Shown here one piece after another: positions 43,595 to 56,100 of a DNA stretch of 64,000 bases. Made by a program: the position numbers and the translations under genes. The DNA comes from Macrostomum lignano (taxonomy: Eukaryota). The notes below the pieces were generated by a model, which saw only the letters and a program-made list of their open reading frames with translations, searched no databases and had not been told where the DNA came from. The stretch is taken from assembly GCA_002269645.1 (NCBI GenBank), contig NIVC01001230.1:124001-188000 (forward strand), written 5' to 3'. Position 1 is the stretch's first letter. Each line of letters begins with the position of its first letter.

Positions 43595-46197
43595 CCCAGT
43601 GAAAAATGATTTATGGATTCCACGTGGGTTCCACGTGGCCATGTGGAATTTAAATGTTTCTTTAATTTTTGCAAATTAATGACTTAAAGATGACATAATG
43701 GTATGCAAAGTATTTTTTATGCATTATTTTTTTATTTTTACTGTCCTAATGTTGATGTGGATTTTTCAAGGAATTCAAGAGAAATAAGCATATATTGATT
43801 CAACATGGAATCCACTTCGATAAAAAACTGTGATACACCACATTCAGACGTTTTTATGAAATTACTATAATAAATTATTATATTTATATGCTTTTAAGTA
43901 AAAATTAATATCTTAAAGCTAAATTATAATCGGACAATAAGACACTGTTTGTTAAAATAGACAAAATAGAAGTGAACAATAAAAAACGTTTCGTGCTTTT
44001 TAAAATGAAATTAATTTTATTTTATATTCGTCAATGTCTTGGTTCAAGGCCTTGAAACATAAATTGCCTTGTTTATGGCTATTTAAGCACCTTAAAAAGA
44101 CCTAGCCTATAGGCAATAACTTATAAGTCCATGGCCTCCATGGGATTAGAAATTAGATAAATCAGTATTTTATCATAGATAGGCCTAATACTTTTGGTAA
44201 ATCCATGATAAATTTATTTAGGCCTATCCAATTTCTAGGAATCCCATGGCCATGTCCATAGATTGGCTACTCATTTTTTAACTTAAATAGTAGGCCTTTA
44301 GAAGTTCATAATTTCCTCTTAGTCCTAACTATCTATTTATATGTATGCTTATTAGGCCTATTTTAAGCTAGGCCTATAACTATCAATTTCAGCCTAAAAT
44401 TTAGGTCCTTCTATTTTATTTAAGGTTAGGACTAGCTTGACTTTGTGAATTGTGACTAGTCAATCTAGTTAATCTGTTAAAAATCTATTAATTTATGATT
44501 TTCTTCAAAAAAAGCCTGTTAGTGTTAGCATCTTTTGGACTTGTTGCATTTTTAAAAAACAATTTTTCTCTAATCGATTGCATACAAACAAGCAAGATTT
44601 TCATTTTTAGTATATGGATATTATTAATTATAATAAATAATTCTTTGCAATTACACTTGCAACTTGCTTTTGGCATAGCTAGCCTAGCAGACCCCTAAGG
44701 CCTAAGGTTGCTATTATAAATAAGTATTAAATTATTGTAAATTTGATCTGATTTAGGCCAAGACCAGAATTTAATAGCCATAGGGCATAGCTATTTAGGC
44801 TTAGGCCGCTTAGGCCTAATGTTTAATCATACTAGGCCAGCAAATATAAAAAAAACATGCATTGCTTTGCCTAAATACTTTATAGTCTAAAATCAATTTT
44901 TAAAATAAAAAAATAAATTTATAAAAACATTCATTAATTCTTTTTGTACTTATTATTTTATTGGTAATTTTATTGATTGACTTAGGTAGAGTTTTCTTTT
45001 TTGCTAGAGACAAGGTGCAAAATCATACCCTATGCTTACTTTCAGGGTTTTATAATTTTAAGGCTTAGAATGCAGTTTCTCTTTTTTCTTATATAAAGGC
45101 AGTGCAAATAAGGCTTCAACAAAAAATAGGTAATGAGATTGCACCTAAACTGTATCCAATTTTTAATTTCAATTTTCAAGGTGGGATTTTAAAATTTAGG
45201 GTGCTTATGCATACTTTGCGCATAAAAAATAAACCTAGGACTTAGGCCTAGTTAATTTTAAAATAAACTTAATTAAGTATTCATCCTTAAATTAGTTTTA
45301 TGAATTATTTCAATATAATCTATCAATCCTTATTCACAACAATTATTTTTCTATTTCATTTCAGCCTAACATTACATGGCCCATCCTCAAACTTGGATGT
45401 CACCTTGGTCTTGCTTTTGAAGAAGCATGCAAAGCTACTTGGAATTTGAATTTAATATCTAGAATGCTACCTTTTGTGAAGCAATGGTAAGTTTTAGTTA
45501 TAAACTGATTTTTTTCTGTCATCAAAATCTGTTATAAGATCAAAATCTATTACAATATTTGTCATCAATCTGTTATAAAATTCTGTAATTTAACCCCTTT
45601 CTTTTCTAAGGTTGCTCACCTGACCCGAAGAAGCAGCATTATGGAAATTGGCAGCAGCATGTTTCTGACTGTTCTAATTCTGGTTCATTATATTATTGTT
45701 AATTAATTAATGCTATTGACAATGTCAATTTCAAATTATATATTAAATCATATGCATAGCGCAACTCAAGATATCAATATCTACATCAGTGTGTTTATTC
45801 TTTGTGTGCCAGTGACTCACTACTGTACATAAATACACCTTACTTATTGAGACATCCTTTTTGAATATATTTTTGTGCAGAAATATTTTTGGCTATAGCT
45901 AGTGTTTTTATCTGTGTTTCAGTTTCTTTTATATGGTATTGAGATCTGGGGTTCGTATGAAATTTTGAGATCTGGTATTATTTTGAGATTTAGGATGCAA
46001 CAATTTATTATGGCAACCAGTATAATGGCTGCTTGCTCAATGACAATGTGGATTCTATGTGAAATACATAATTACTTCCATGTGGATCTTCCATGTGGAA
46101 TCCATATCTTGATTCCACATGGATGGACGGAGACAAATGCACATATGGATTTCATATGAAAAATCCACATGGAATCCATATCATTTTTTTCACTGGG
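43595..46197. mobile_element. Degenerate CMC/EnSpm-like DNA transposon (2.6 kb), non-autonomous
   Basis: TIRs CCCAGTGAAAAA..TGAT..ATGGATTCCA(C/T)GTGG at both ends, subterminal CCACGTGG-type repeats, 2-bp direct repeat GT on both flanks; AT-rich interior with no long ORF. Confidence 0.7.
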
Positions 46198-48439
46198 GTG
46201 CGTGCGGAGAGAAGGCCAACTGTATGTTGGTGTTAGCCTTATGGGCTCCAAGTCCTCAATGGTTAATTATTAAATTAATAATCGCCGATCTAGATTATAG
46301 CTAGAGATCCCGGTAGGGTTGCTCGCTTGACAACAATTAAGTAGAGGAAACTGAAAATAAACTTTTTAGTTTCTTAGACTTTTGCCAATGCATTTCGACC
46401 GCAATAGCTAGAGAGTAGGGCCTATGTTTAATAATTCAGTATTTGAGTCAGCTAGATCTAGTTTAAAATATATATGAATAGGCCTATGAACTGCTTTATT
46501 ATTTTTGATTTTATATGTAGAACTTGCTATTTTGTTATTTCCCATGCTGTCAATACAATCTTGACTTTAGTTAAACTTAAATTTATATTTTCTTTTAACA
46601 CGGTTTAAGGCTTTTTAAAAAACGTTTCATTGACATATTCAAGTGGATAGGCCTATTTCCTATTATATTATTAGGCCCTATCTATTGGTACTGACTGACC
46701 TTTGTCTAGGAGACTGGCCAGGTTTACAACATGTTTAATACTATATAAAATACATACAGTAGCATTCTTTAAGTTGGTTTAAACATTTAAATTATATATA
46801 CTGGTATAGCCTAGAAAATAGTCATAAAACTAGCAATTTGATAAGGCAAATAATTCTTATATAGTTTCAACCCTAGCCCTAGGCCTTAGGTCTAGGAAAG
46901 CATTAATATCTAGGCTTAAATTATGGGTTGGCTTGGCAACTCTACCCTATGGGTCCTATGTGGCCCACAAAGCCTCTTTTTCTAGTCCTTGGGTCTATTA
47001 AACTACAATAGTAATCTAGTCCACCTAAGGCTTATGTCTTATCTTATAGCTTCTTTCTCTTTTCTTTTTCCCCTCTTCTTTCCTCTCCCCTCTCCTCTCT
47101 TCTTCTCCCTTCTTCTTTTTTCCTTTCTTTTCTATTCTCCATTCTCCTCTTCTGGGCCCTTAGTCTTATAGTTAAAAAGTTAGCCAAACATTGGCTTAAA
47201 CTAAATGTTATAAAATCCTTTATTATAAAAAGCTTTTATTATTTAAGACCTTTAGTTCTTAGCTAAAAATATTTTTAGATAGCAACAATAATCTAATACC
47301 TTGATACCTATGGGACTTATTATTTATAAGCACATGAATGAATCTAGAATCTACTTTAATTGTTGGGCCTATGCTAAATGTATCCAAGCCACAATTTTAT
47401 CAATAGCCTTCTCTAGATAGAGCCTAAATTTCATGAAAAAAAACATTTCAAATAGCAAAAGCATAGGTATAAAACTTTTGGATTCACTTGGCTATTTCTA
47501 TTAGTATATATATATAGGTCACTATAGCCAAACTTTAAATACAAATCACTAATAGCAACATATGTAATAGGCCTATACAAGTCAATTCAGGCAACATTTA
47601 CATACAAGTAACTTGAAACATAAGTCACTATTGGAAAAAGCATGTTTATTGCTTGTTTTCAAAGCAAGAAAATCAGCTTGTTTACTTACTACAGACAAAC
47701 AGATTCGGCCTATTTGTAAGTTTTTGAAGCTTACTTATCATGATATAACTAATCTATAGTTCATAATACTACTCATAGGTACTATGAGTAGATAGAGCAA
47801 TATTTTTATTTTCTACATGGGAATTTTTTAGAGCCAATATTTTCAACATTCAGTCTTTTGAAAGACTTAACAATGAGAACATGCATGTTGGATGCCTCTT
47901 GTTCATAATGTTGCATATTGCAGTTCTGTGAATTCAACCAAGCAGTGCTGTCTGTGCATTCGATTGACATGTGTCTGTGCCGTGCTTTGCTCTGCTCATC
48001 ACTAGTTTTCTGCGCGATAGCATTTTAGCCGCTATTTGCACCTTAATGAATTCCCCCTGCTGTACGAAGGCTCGATCTAATAAGGCTCTGGCCACGACCG
48101 CTGGCCTCGCTGTGGTGGGTTTCCGTTCAAGCCTCTGAATACTCGAGGCTGGAACAGCATTAAAAGGCTCTGTAGTGCCCAGCCAGCTGCCCATATAATG
48201 GCCACGTGTGAGGCTGCTACGTAAACTCGCCAGCAATTAAGAAGCTCTGGTAGTTAGAAAAACATCTGTGTTTTCGGTTGGTTTGCCGCGTTCATTTAAT
48301 CAGGAACTGCGGGGCATGCACCATTGTAGAGGATGCTTGGATTAGAACTAGTAATTCAAGCTACATGTTCAGATTATTCTTGACTGCATCTAAAATGCAT
48401 CGTTTATAAATTTACTAATGTTCATTCAACAAGCTGACA

Positions 48440-48456
48440 CAGACAGACAGACAGCC

Positions 48457-48516
<60 letters not shown>

Positions 48517-48608
48517 AGAAAGACAGAGAGACAGACAAACAGACAGACAGACAGACACTAAGACACTAAGACACTAAGACAGACAGACAGACAGAAAGAG
48601 ACAGACAA

Positions 48609-48649
<41 letters not shown>

Positions 48650-48710
48650 GAGACAGACACTAAGACACTAAGACACTAATACACTAATACACCAAGACAG
48701 ACAGACACTA

Positions 48711-48743
<33 letters not shown>

Positions 48744-48745
48744 CA
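48440..48745. repeat. (GACA)n microsatellite with ACACTAAG variants
   Basis: Seen directly. Confidence 0.97.
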
Positions 48746-49909
48746 AAGAAGATAAGCAATCAAAGGCTGAAGCCTGTTTAGTTGGCAGAGTTCGCCTATC
48801 TCTGCTCTCATCTTGTCTAGTGCGCAGAAGTCTCCAGTCTCGTCGGCTCTTCGTTGGTTGCCAAGTGGCGCGTTCTCGTTTGAGAGGGCACTCGACAGAA
48901 TCTTGCGGCTCTTCTACATAGACGCTTCAAAGCGTGAGCCGCCTTGAATCTGATGATTTGAATGCGTCACGCCTCTGCCGAAGCCCCCGGTCATTAAGAA
49001 TTCTAGAGATCGTTGCGGGTGACAATTTGAATTGAAATTGAACGAGGGGGGGGCAGGTGAGCGACCGACTGACGGTCAAATTGAATTAGCGATCTCGCTA
49101 TTTCAGTTGAGTCCGGCTGGAAAAATAAAATGTTCCCATCCAGTGTCTCGCCGCTAGCACGAGGTTTTCAGAATTGCAAAGGCAAACGAAGACTTTCCTT
49201 GTTTTTTATTATCGTTTTTCAACTGTTTTTTCTCTCTTCTTTGTTGCAAAAGAATTTGAAACGGAGATGAATTTTTGGGTCTAAAAAGAGTCGCGGAAAT
49301 GGGATCGGGCTTCGCTAGTCTATTCACCGGGGCTGCTGGGGACACGCAACGGGGGAGAGGGAACAGCGGAGGGGCAGTAATGACCCTGGCGCGGTTACGT
49401 CACGCCCCGTCCGCCAGCGATAGAAAACTGGAGATTCTGTGGGCGCCTGGCTGCCTGTCTTTCTTTTTCTGCATTTAACTTTGTGTAGCCCTTTTCTAAG
49501 GGAGGGTTTTATTTAGTGGCATGCCTGAATTGTATTTTTCTCAGCTAAGAATTCTTTGATAATTCGTTAATTGCAGAGGTCAGTTAAGCTCTAACTGAAA
49601 ACATTTTGGCTTCTAAAAGAGCGAATTTCAATTCGTAAGCAGGCGTAGCAAGATTTCTAGTTAATTAACGTGGAGACTGAAATCTGAGCTTGCCTATCGA
49701 GATTCGATTACAATTACGTAATCACCAGGAGTTTTGCCTCTGCAGAATCCTCGAGTTCTTAGCCAGTTTTCAGTTGCCGCGGCAAAGCGCCCTGATTGAG
49801 TTTCTTCTACGACTAACAAAATTTGCCTCCAAAATTTTGGCTATTTGATTTCGAATGATGTCCTCCCCGCGAGAGCTGAGGGAACTTAACATGTATCTAG
49901 GGGTGGCAG

Positions 49910-52260
49910 ATGCAAGCTGGATCACCGGGAATTCCCAGGGTGACAAAGATGCAAGCTGGATCACCGGGGAATTCCCAGGGTAACAAAGATGCAAGCTGGA
50001 TCACCGGGAATTCCCAGGGTAACAAAGATGCAAGCTGGATCACCGGGGAATTCCCAAGGTGACAAAGATGCAAGCTGGATCATCTGGAATTCCCAAGGTG
50101 ACAAAGATGCAAGCTGGATCACCAGGAATTCCCAGGGTGACAAAGATGCAAGCTGGATCACCGGGGAATTCCCAGGGTGACAGAGATGCAAGCTGGATCA
50201 CCGGGAATTCCCAGGGTGACAAAGATGCAAGCTGGATCACCGGGGAATTCCCAGGGTGACAAAGATTTAAGCTGGATCACCGGGGAATTCCCCAAGGTGA
50301 CAGAGATGCAAGCTGGATCACCGGGGAATTCCCAGGGTGACAAAGATGCAAGCTGGATTACCGGGAATTCCCCAAGGTGACAAAGATGCAAGCTGGATCA
50401 CCGGGAATTCCCCAAGGTGACAGAGATGCAAGCTGGATCACCGGGAATTCCCCAAGGTGACAAAGATGCAAGCTGGATCACCGGGAATTCCCAGGGTGAC
50501 AAAGATGCAAGCTGGATCACCGGGAATTCCCAGGGTAACAAAGATGCAAGCTGGATCACCGGGGAATTCCCAAGGTGACAAAGATGCAAGCTGGATCATC
50601 TGGAATTCCCAGGGTGACAAAGATGCAAGCTGGATCACCGGGAATTCCCAGGGTGACAAAGATGCAAGCTGGATCACCGGGGAATTCCCAGGGTGACAGA
50701 GATGCAAGCTGGATCACCGGGAATTCCCAGGGTGACAGAGATGCAAGCTGGATCACCGGGGAATTCCCAGGGTGACAAAGATTTAAGCTGGATCACCGGG
50801 GAATTCCCCAAGGTGACAGAGATGCAAGCTGGATCACCGGGGAATTCCCAGGGTGACAAAGATGCAAGCTGGATTACCGGGAATTCCCCAAGGTGACAAA
50901 GATGCAAGCTGGATCACCGGGAATTCCCCAAGGTGACAGAGATGCAAGCTGGATCACCGGGAATTCCCCAAGGTGACAAAGATGCAAGCTGGATCACCGG
51001 GAATTCCCAGGGTGACAAAGATGCAAGCTGGATCACCGGGAATTCCCAGGGTGACAAAGATGCAAGCTGGATCACCGGGAATTCCCAGGGTGACAAAGAT
51101 GCAAGCTGGATCACCGGGAATTCCCAGGGTGACAGAGATGCAAGCTGGATCACCGGGAATTCCCAGGGTGACAAAGATGCAAGCTGGATCACCGGGGAAT
51201 TCCCAGGGTGACAAAGATGCAAGCTGGATCACCGGGAATTCCCAGGGTGACAGAGATGCAAGCTGGATCACCGGGGAATTCCCAGGGTGACAAAGATTTA
51301 AGCTGGATCACCGGGGAATTCCCCAAGGTGACAGAGATGCAAGCTGGATCACCGGGGAATTCCCAGGGTGACAAAGATGCAAGCTGGATCACCGGGGAAT
51401 TCCCAGGGTGACAAAGATGCAAGCTGGATCACCGGGAATTCCCAGGGTGACAAAGATGCAAGCTGGATCACCGGGGAATTCCCAAGGTGACAGAGATGCA
51501 AGCTGGATCACCGGGGAATTCCCAGGGTGACAAATATTTAAGCTGGATCACCGGGAATTCCCAGGGTGACAAAGATGCAAGCTGGATCACCGGGGAATTC
51601 CCAGGGTGACAAAGATGCAAGCTGGATCACCGGGGAATTCCCAGGGTGACAGAGATGCAAGCTGGATCACCGGGAATTCCCAGGGTGACAAAGATGCAAG
51701 CTGGATCACCGGGGAATTCCCAGGGTGACAAAGATGCAAGCTGGATCACCGGGGAATTCCCAGGGTGACAAAGATGCAAGCTGGATCACCGGGGAATTCC
51801 CCAAGGTGACAAAGATGCAAGCTGGATCACCGGGAATTCCCAGGGTGACAAAGATGCAAGCTGGATCACCGGGGAATTCCCAGGGTGACAAAGATGCAAG
51901 CTGGATCACCGGGGAATTCCCCAAGGTGACAAAGATGCAAGCTGGATCACCGGGGAATTCCCAGGGTGACAAAGATGCAAGCTGGATCACCGGGGAATTC
52001 CCAGGGTGACAAAGATGCAAGCTGGATCACCGGGAATTCCCAGGGTGACAAAGATGCAAGCTGGATCACCGGGGAATTCCCAGGGTGACAAAGATTTAAG
52101 CTGGATCACCGGGAATTCCCAGGGTGACAGAGATGCAAGCTGGATCACCGGGAATTCCCAAGGTGACAAAGATGCAAGCTGGATCACCGGGAATTCCCCA
52201 AGGTGACAGAGGTTTAAGCTGGATCATCTGGAATTCCCAAGGTGACAGAGGTGCCAGCTA
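49910..52260. repeat. 39-40 bp satellite (GGGAATTCCCAGGGTGACAAAGATGCAAGCTGGATCACC) with ~516 bp higher-order repeat
   Basis: About 59 units; identical ORF translations recur at 516/515 bp offsets (50158/50674/51189). Confidence 0.97.
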
Positions 52261-53182
52261 GATCAGTGTTGCGGTGTTGCATGAATAGGATTTTTGAATT
52301 AGGAAATGAGTAGCAACTCACTTTTTACCAAGCTCTTTTGCAATCTTCCAAGCTCTGAATATTTTCTCTAGAATTCCGCACAGTTCTGACGGTGATAAAA
52401 AAGTCTAGCTAGCTAGTTCGCAATTTCGCTCTCTATTCTTCCTTACTCAAGGATGTTTGAAAAAAATCACTCGGGATTCGCTACAGAGCTCCCTCCCATC
52501 TGGAATAAGCTCGCGTTTTCCTCTCACTGCGCTCTGCTCTCAGACTCTCATGGCGAGCGGTGTTGTGTGTGATTGAGGAGGCTTGCTTAGCCGCAAAATC
52601 GGAAGCTGAGTAATCCCTCCTCCTGATCTCGCCTCTTCCTCAGTTCCACCTCTCCCTCTCGCGTCTTTGAATTACAGAGCAGGCGGGAGGGGCGGCTGCT
52701 GCGGCCCGGGACCTCGGCAGTTCCCCCCGATCGACCCAATCAGTAGGCACTGTTCGTCACTCTGTCTGTCAGTCTCCGGTAGCCAAGCGAAGCCTTCGAG
52801 TCCTAAATGTGATTCCCCCTGACCCCAATCTTATCTATCGCTCGCTTGCCTCGCTCGCCAAAGTCGCAAAAGAGTAGAGGGGCAGAAATGAGCTCTAGCT
52901 GAGCAGCAGATGAAGATGTAGACAGGGGTTGTACAGGCAGTCTGGCTCTCCTCTCGCACACTCGCCCCAGAGGGCTAGTAAGGTGACGAATGAATCGAAC
53001 GAGAATAAGTTTTCTGCCTCAAGCCTTTCTGATTGGCTCTGCCGCCGATCCGTGTGGGCGCCAATCCCTGACGCACTGCCGGCCCAACCGTGGGGCTATT
53101 AAGTCATTCTCGGGCCCGCCCCTGTGTTCCAGCGGTTTGACTGTCGGCAACTTGCTGGCATGGCATGACACTCTGACGCACT

Positions 53183-56100
53183 ATGCTGCCGCTGCTGTTG
53201 CTGCTGCCGCTGCTACACTCGCCCCCTGGCGCTAGCGGCCAGGCCAGCAACTTCACCTTCCATGTTGAGGAGAACGGAGACCGGCCGGACCTGCTTGTTG
53301 GCTCTGTGAACTCCGGCGACTGTGGCGGCGGCGCCGGCGCCCAGGTGTACAACTCCTTCAGCATCCCGCGCGACCGCTTCAGCTTGGACTCGCGCACCGG
53401 CCAGATTCGAACTCTGGCAGCCCTGGACCGCGAGGCCCAGGCTTCCTACAGCTTCGACTTCATCTGCGGCAGCCAGGTCGGTCACGTGACCGTGCTAATC
53501 GACGACAAAAACGACTGCGCCCCAACCTTCTCCAACTCCAGCCTGTGGCTGCGGCTGCTGGAGACGGTCGCTGTCCCCACCGAGCTGTCCTTGGGCTTCG
53601 TGGAGGACGCTGACTCTGCGGAGAACGGCCTCGACCGAGTGGAGATCACCGCTGGTAACGCCGAGCACCGGTTCCGCCTCCGGCTCCGCCAGCAGCCCGC
53701 CAGGCCGGCCCGCTCCGACTTGCTGCTGGAGCTGCTCGCCCCGCTGGACTTCGAGTCGGCAGCTGAGCACCGCCTGCGGCTGGTTGCCACGGATAAGCGC
53801 GGCCTGACCGGCTCGGCCGGTGTCACTGTGATCGTGGAGAACGCCAACGATGAGCGGCCGGTGTTTGAGCAGACTCGCTACAGCCTGGACGTGCTGGAGA
53901 ACGCCACTGTTGGCTCCCGGCTGCTCCAGGTGCGGGCCACCGATCGGGACGCCGGGGTGTTCGGCATTGTGAGCTACAGCATCGAGCACGGGGTGTCCGA
54001 GTCTAGCCGCCTGTTCTCAGTGGAGCCGGACACCGGGATTGTCCGCCTGGCCGGCCAGTTAGACTTCGAGACCAAGCGCGCCCACTCGCTGGTCCTGCTG
54101 GCGTCGGATGGCGCCAATTCCAACAGCGCCAACCTGCTGGTGCGCGTCTTGGACGTCAACGACCGGCCGCCATCGATTTCGGCCACCAGACTGGGCAGCG
54201 CCGACCTGACCCAGGTGACACCAGTGGGTCAACCGGTGTTCCGAGTGCAGGCGGCCGACCCGGACAGGCCCGGAGAACCAGTGAAATTGACGCTGGCCTG
54301 CCAGCTGGCGGGTGGCGCCGCCCAGTGTCCGGAGTACTTCAGGCTGGCGCCTCTGGATGTCAACCTCTATGTGCTGCAGGTGAGAACCGCAATGGGCCTG
54401 ACGTCTCGCTCAATGAACTGACATCTTATCAAATGAGCTGACACCTCAATACCTCGATCAATGATCTGACACCTCGATCAATGATCTGACACCTCGATCA
54501 ATGATCTGACACCTCGATCAGTAATCTGACACCTCGATCAATGATCTGACACCTCGATCAATGATCTGACACCTTGATAAATGATCTGACACCCCGATCA
54601 ATGATCTGACACCTCGATTAATGATCTGACGCCTCCATCAATGATCTGACACCTCGATCAATGATCTGACACCCCGATCAATGATCTGACACCTCGATTA
54701 ATGATCTGACACCTCGATTAATGATCTGGCACATCGATCAAAGATTCTTGTCATTGATTGTGTTGTTGCTCAATAGATTTATTTCAATTTTCTCGGGGCA
54801 ATTGCTTAACACATACTCAACCACACAAAAAGTATCTGTGCACCTATCAAACAAAGGTATACCAGCTGCTGTATAAAAAGTTTATAACCGGTCAAACTGT
54901 TTTGATGCAGCATAGGAACCCTCCCCGAAAGTCATTGCCACTCGGAAATCAGCACTAGTCATACAACGCTGGCGCTCTTGTCTGCCAAATTTTATGTATT
55001 TTATTGGGATTCGCGTCCTTGCAAAGCATTTTAAGGCGAAGTCAAGTGCGTGCTTAAACTAAACAACTCTCGATTCCAGGTAGAGCAAGTCAAGTCAAGG
55101 GGGGGGAGCATCACAAACCCAAAAAATCGCAACTCCAAAAACAAAAATAGCATTGCCCATCATAAACCCGAGATATCAAAACTCCGAAAGTTCTAGCAAT
55201 GTCCAAAAATATTTTGGTTTTCGGAGTTATTATATTTCGCCTTTGTGATATTTCGGGTTTATGATGGGCGTTGCTAACGCTTTCGGAGTTATGATATTTC
55301 GGGTTTGGGATATTTCGAGTTAATGATGGGAATTGCTTTCAGGGTTGTGATTTTTCGGGTTTATGATGGCGACCCAGTCAAGAAAATCGGACTGAATTCG
55401 GCCTCATTAAAAAGCTTAAGAGGGCAGTTCAGCTTTGAATATCTCATCGGCAGCTCTTTTATTTATAAAGGTAGAGAAAATGACTATACCGTACTGCAAC
55501 AAACAATATGTAAAGCTCATGTAAGTGGACTTATTGGTAAATAAATTTGTAGCAGTGGGTCTAATATCTATAATGCGGAATCAGAGTCGCTGCAGCTCCG
55601 CCACTGTGCCGCGAATGTGACGCACGCACGACTCCAAGCTCTTCGTTAGCGTGAGCAGCGACTGCGACATGGAGTCGATGATTTTCGCCTCCCGGCGCTC
55701 CCGCTGAGATGCGGTCGAATGGTCGATAAGAGGCTGCACAGACGGCTCTGCGAGACCGTCATTGCACTGATAGTCGCCTTCGCAGCAACAAGTTCTAAAG
55801 TTGCAGCTGCAATATTGAGTGTCGCAGGCACAAAACTCATCGCTGCAGTCGTTGTCTTCGAAGTTCGACTGGTTTCCGTCGAGTACCTGCGTGTTCTCAA
55901 GCTCAGACTCCTCGACATCTTCGTCTTCAATCTCTAATTCATTTCTGTCATTTTCGAGGCCAAGATCGCAGGTTGCAGGGCATGTCTGAAAGCTGCACGC
56001 CTTGCTCTGCTGCCTCCGGCGACGTCGTCCACTACCCGTCCCTGGACAGGAGAAAGTTGCAGAGACAGCAGAGCCGCTGTACCGCAGTCTCGCCCTCTCC

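Noticed and set aside
47934-48236. Minus-strand 100-aa ORF with FIKVQIAAKMLS, faintly like the P-element transposase motif KMKVxLAAQxxS
   Set aside because: One short motif, with no TIRs or other transposase motifs; cannot be supported without an HMM search.
13160-52260. Regular short repeats resembling CRISPR arrays
   Set aside because: Units are head-to-tail with no unique spacers, there are no cas genes, and the context is eukaryotic.
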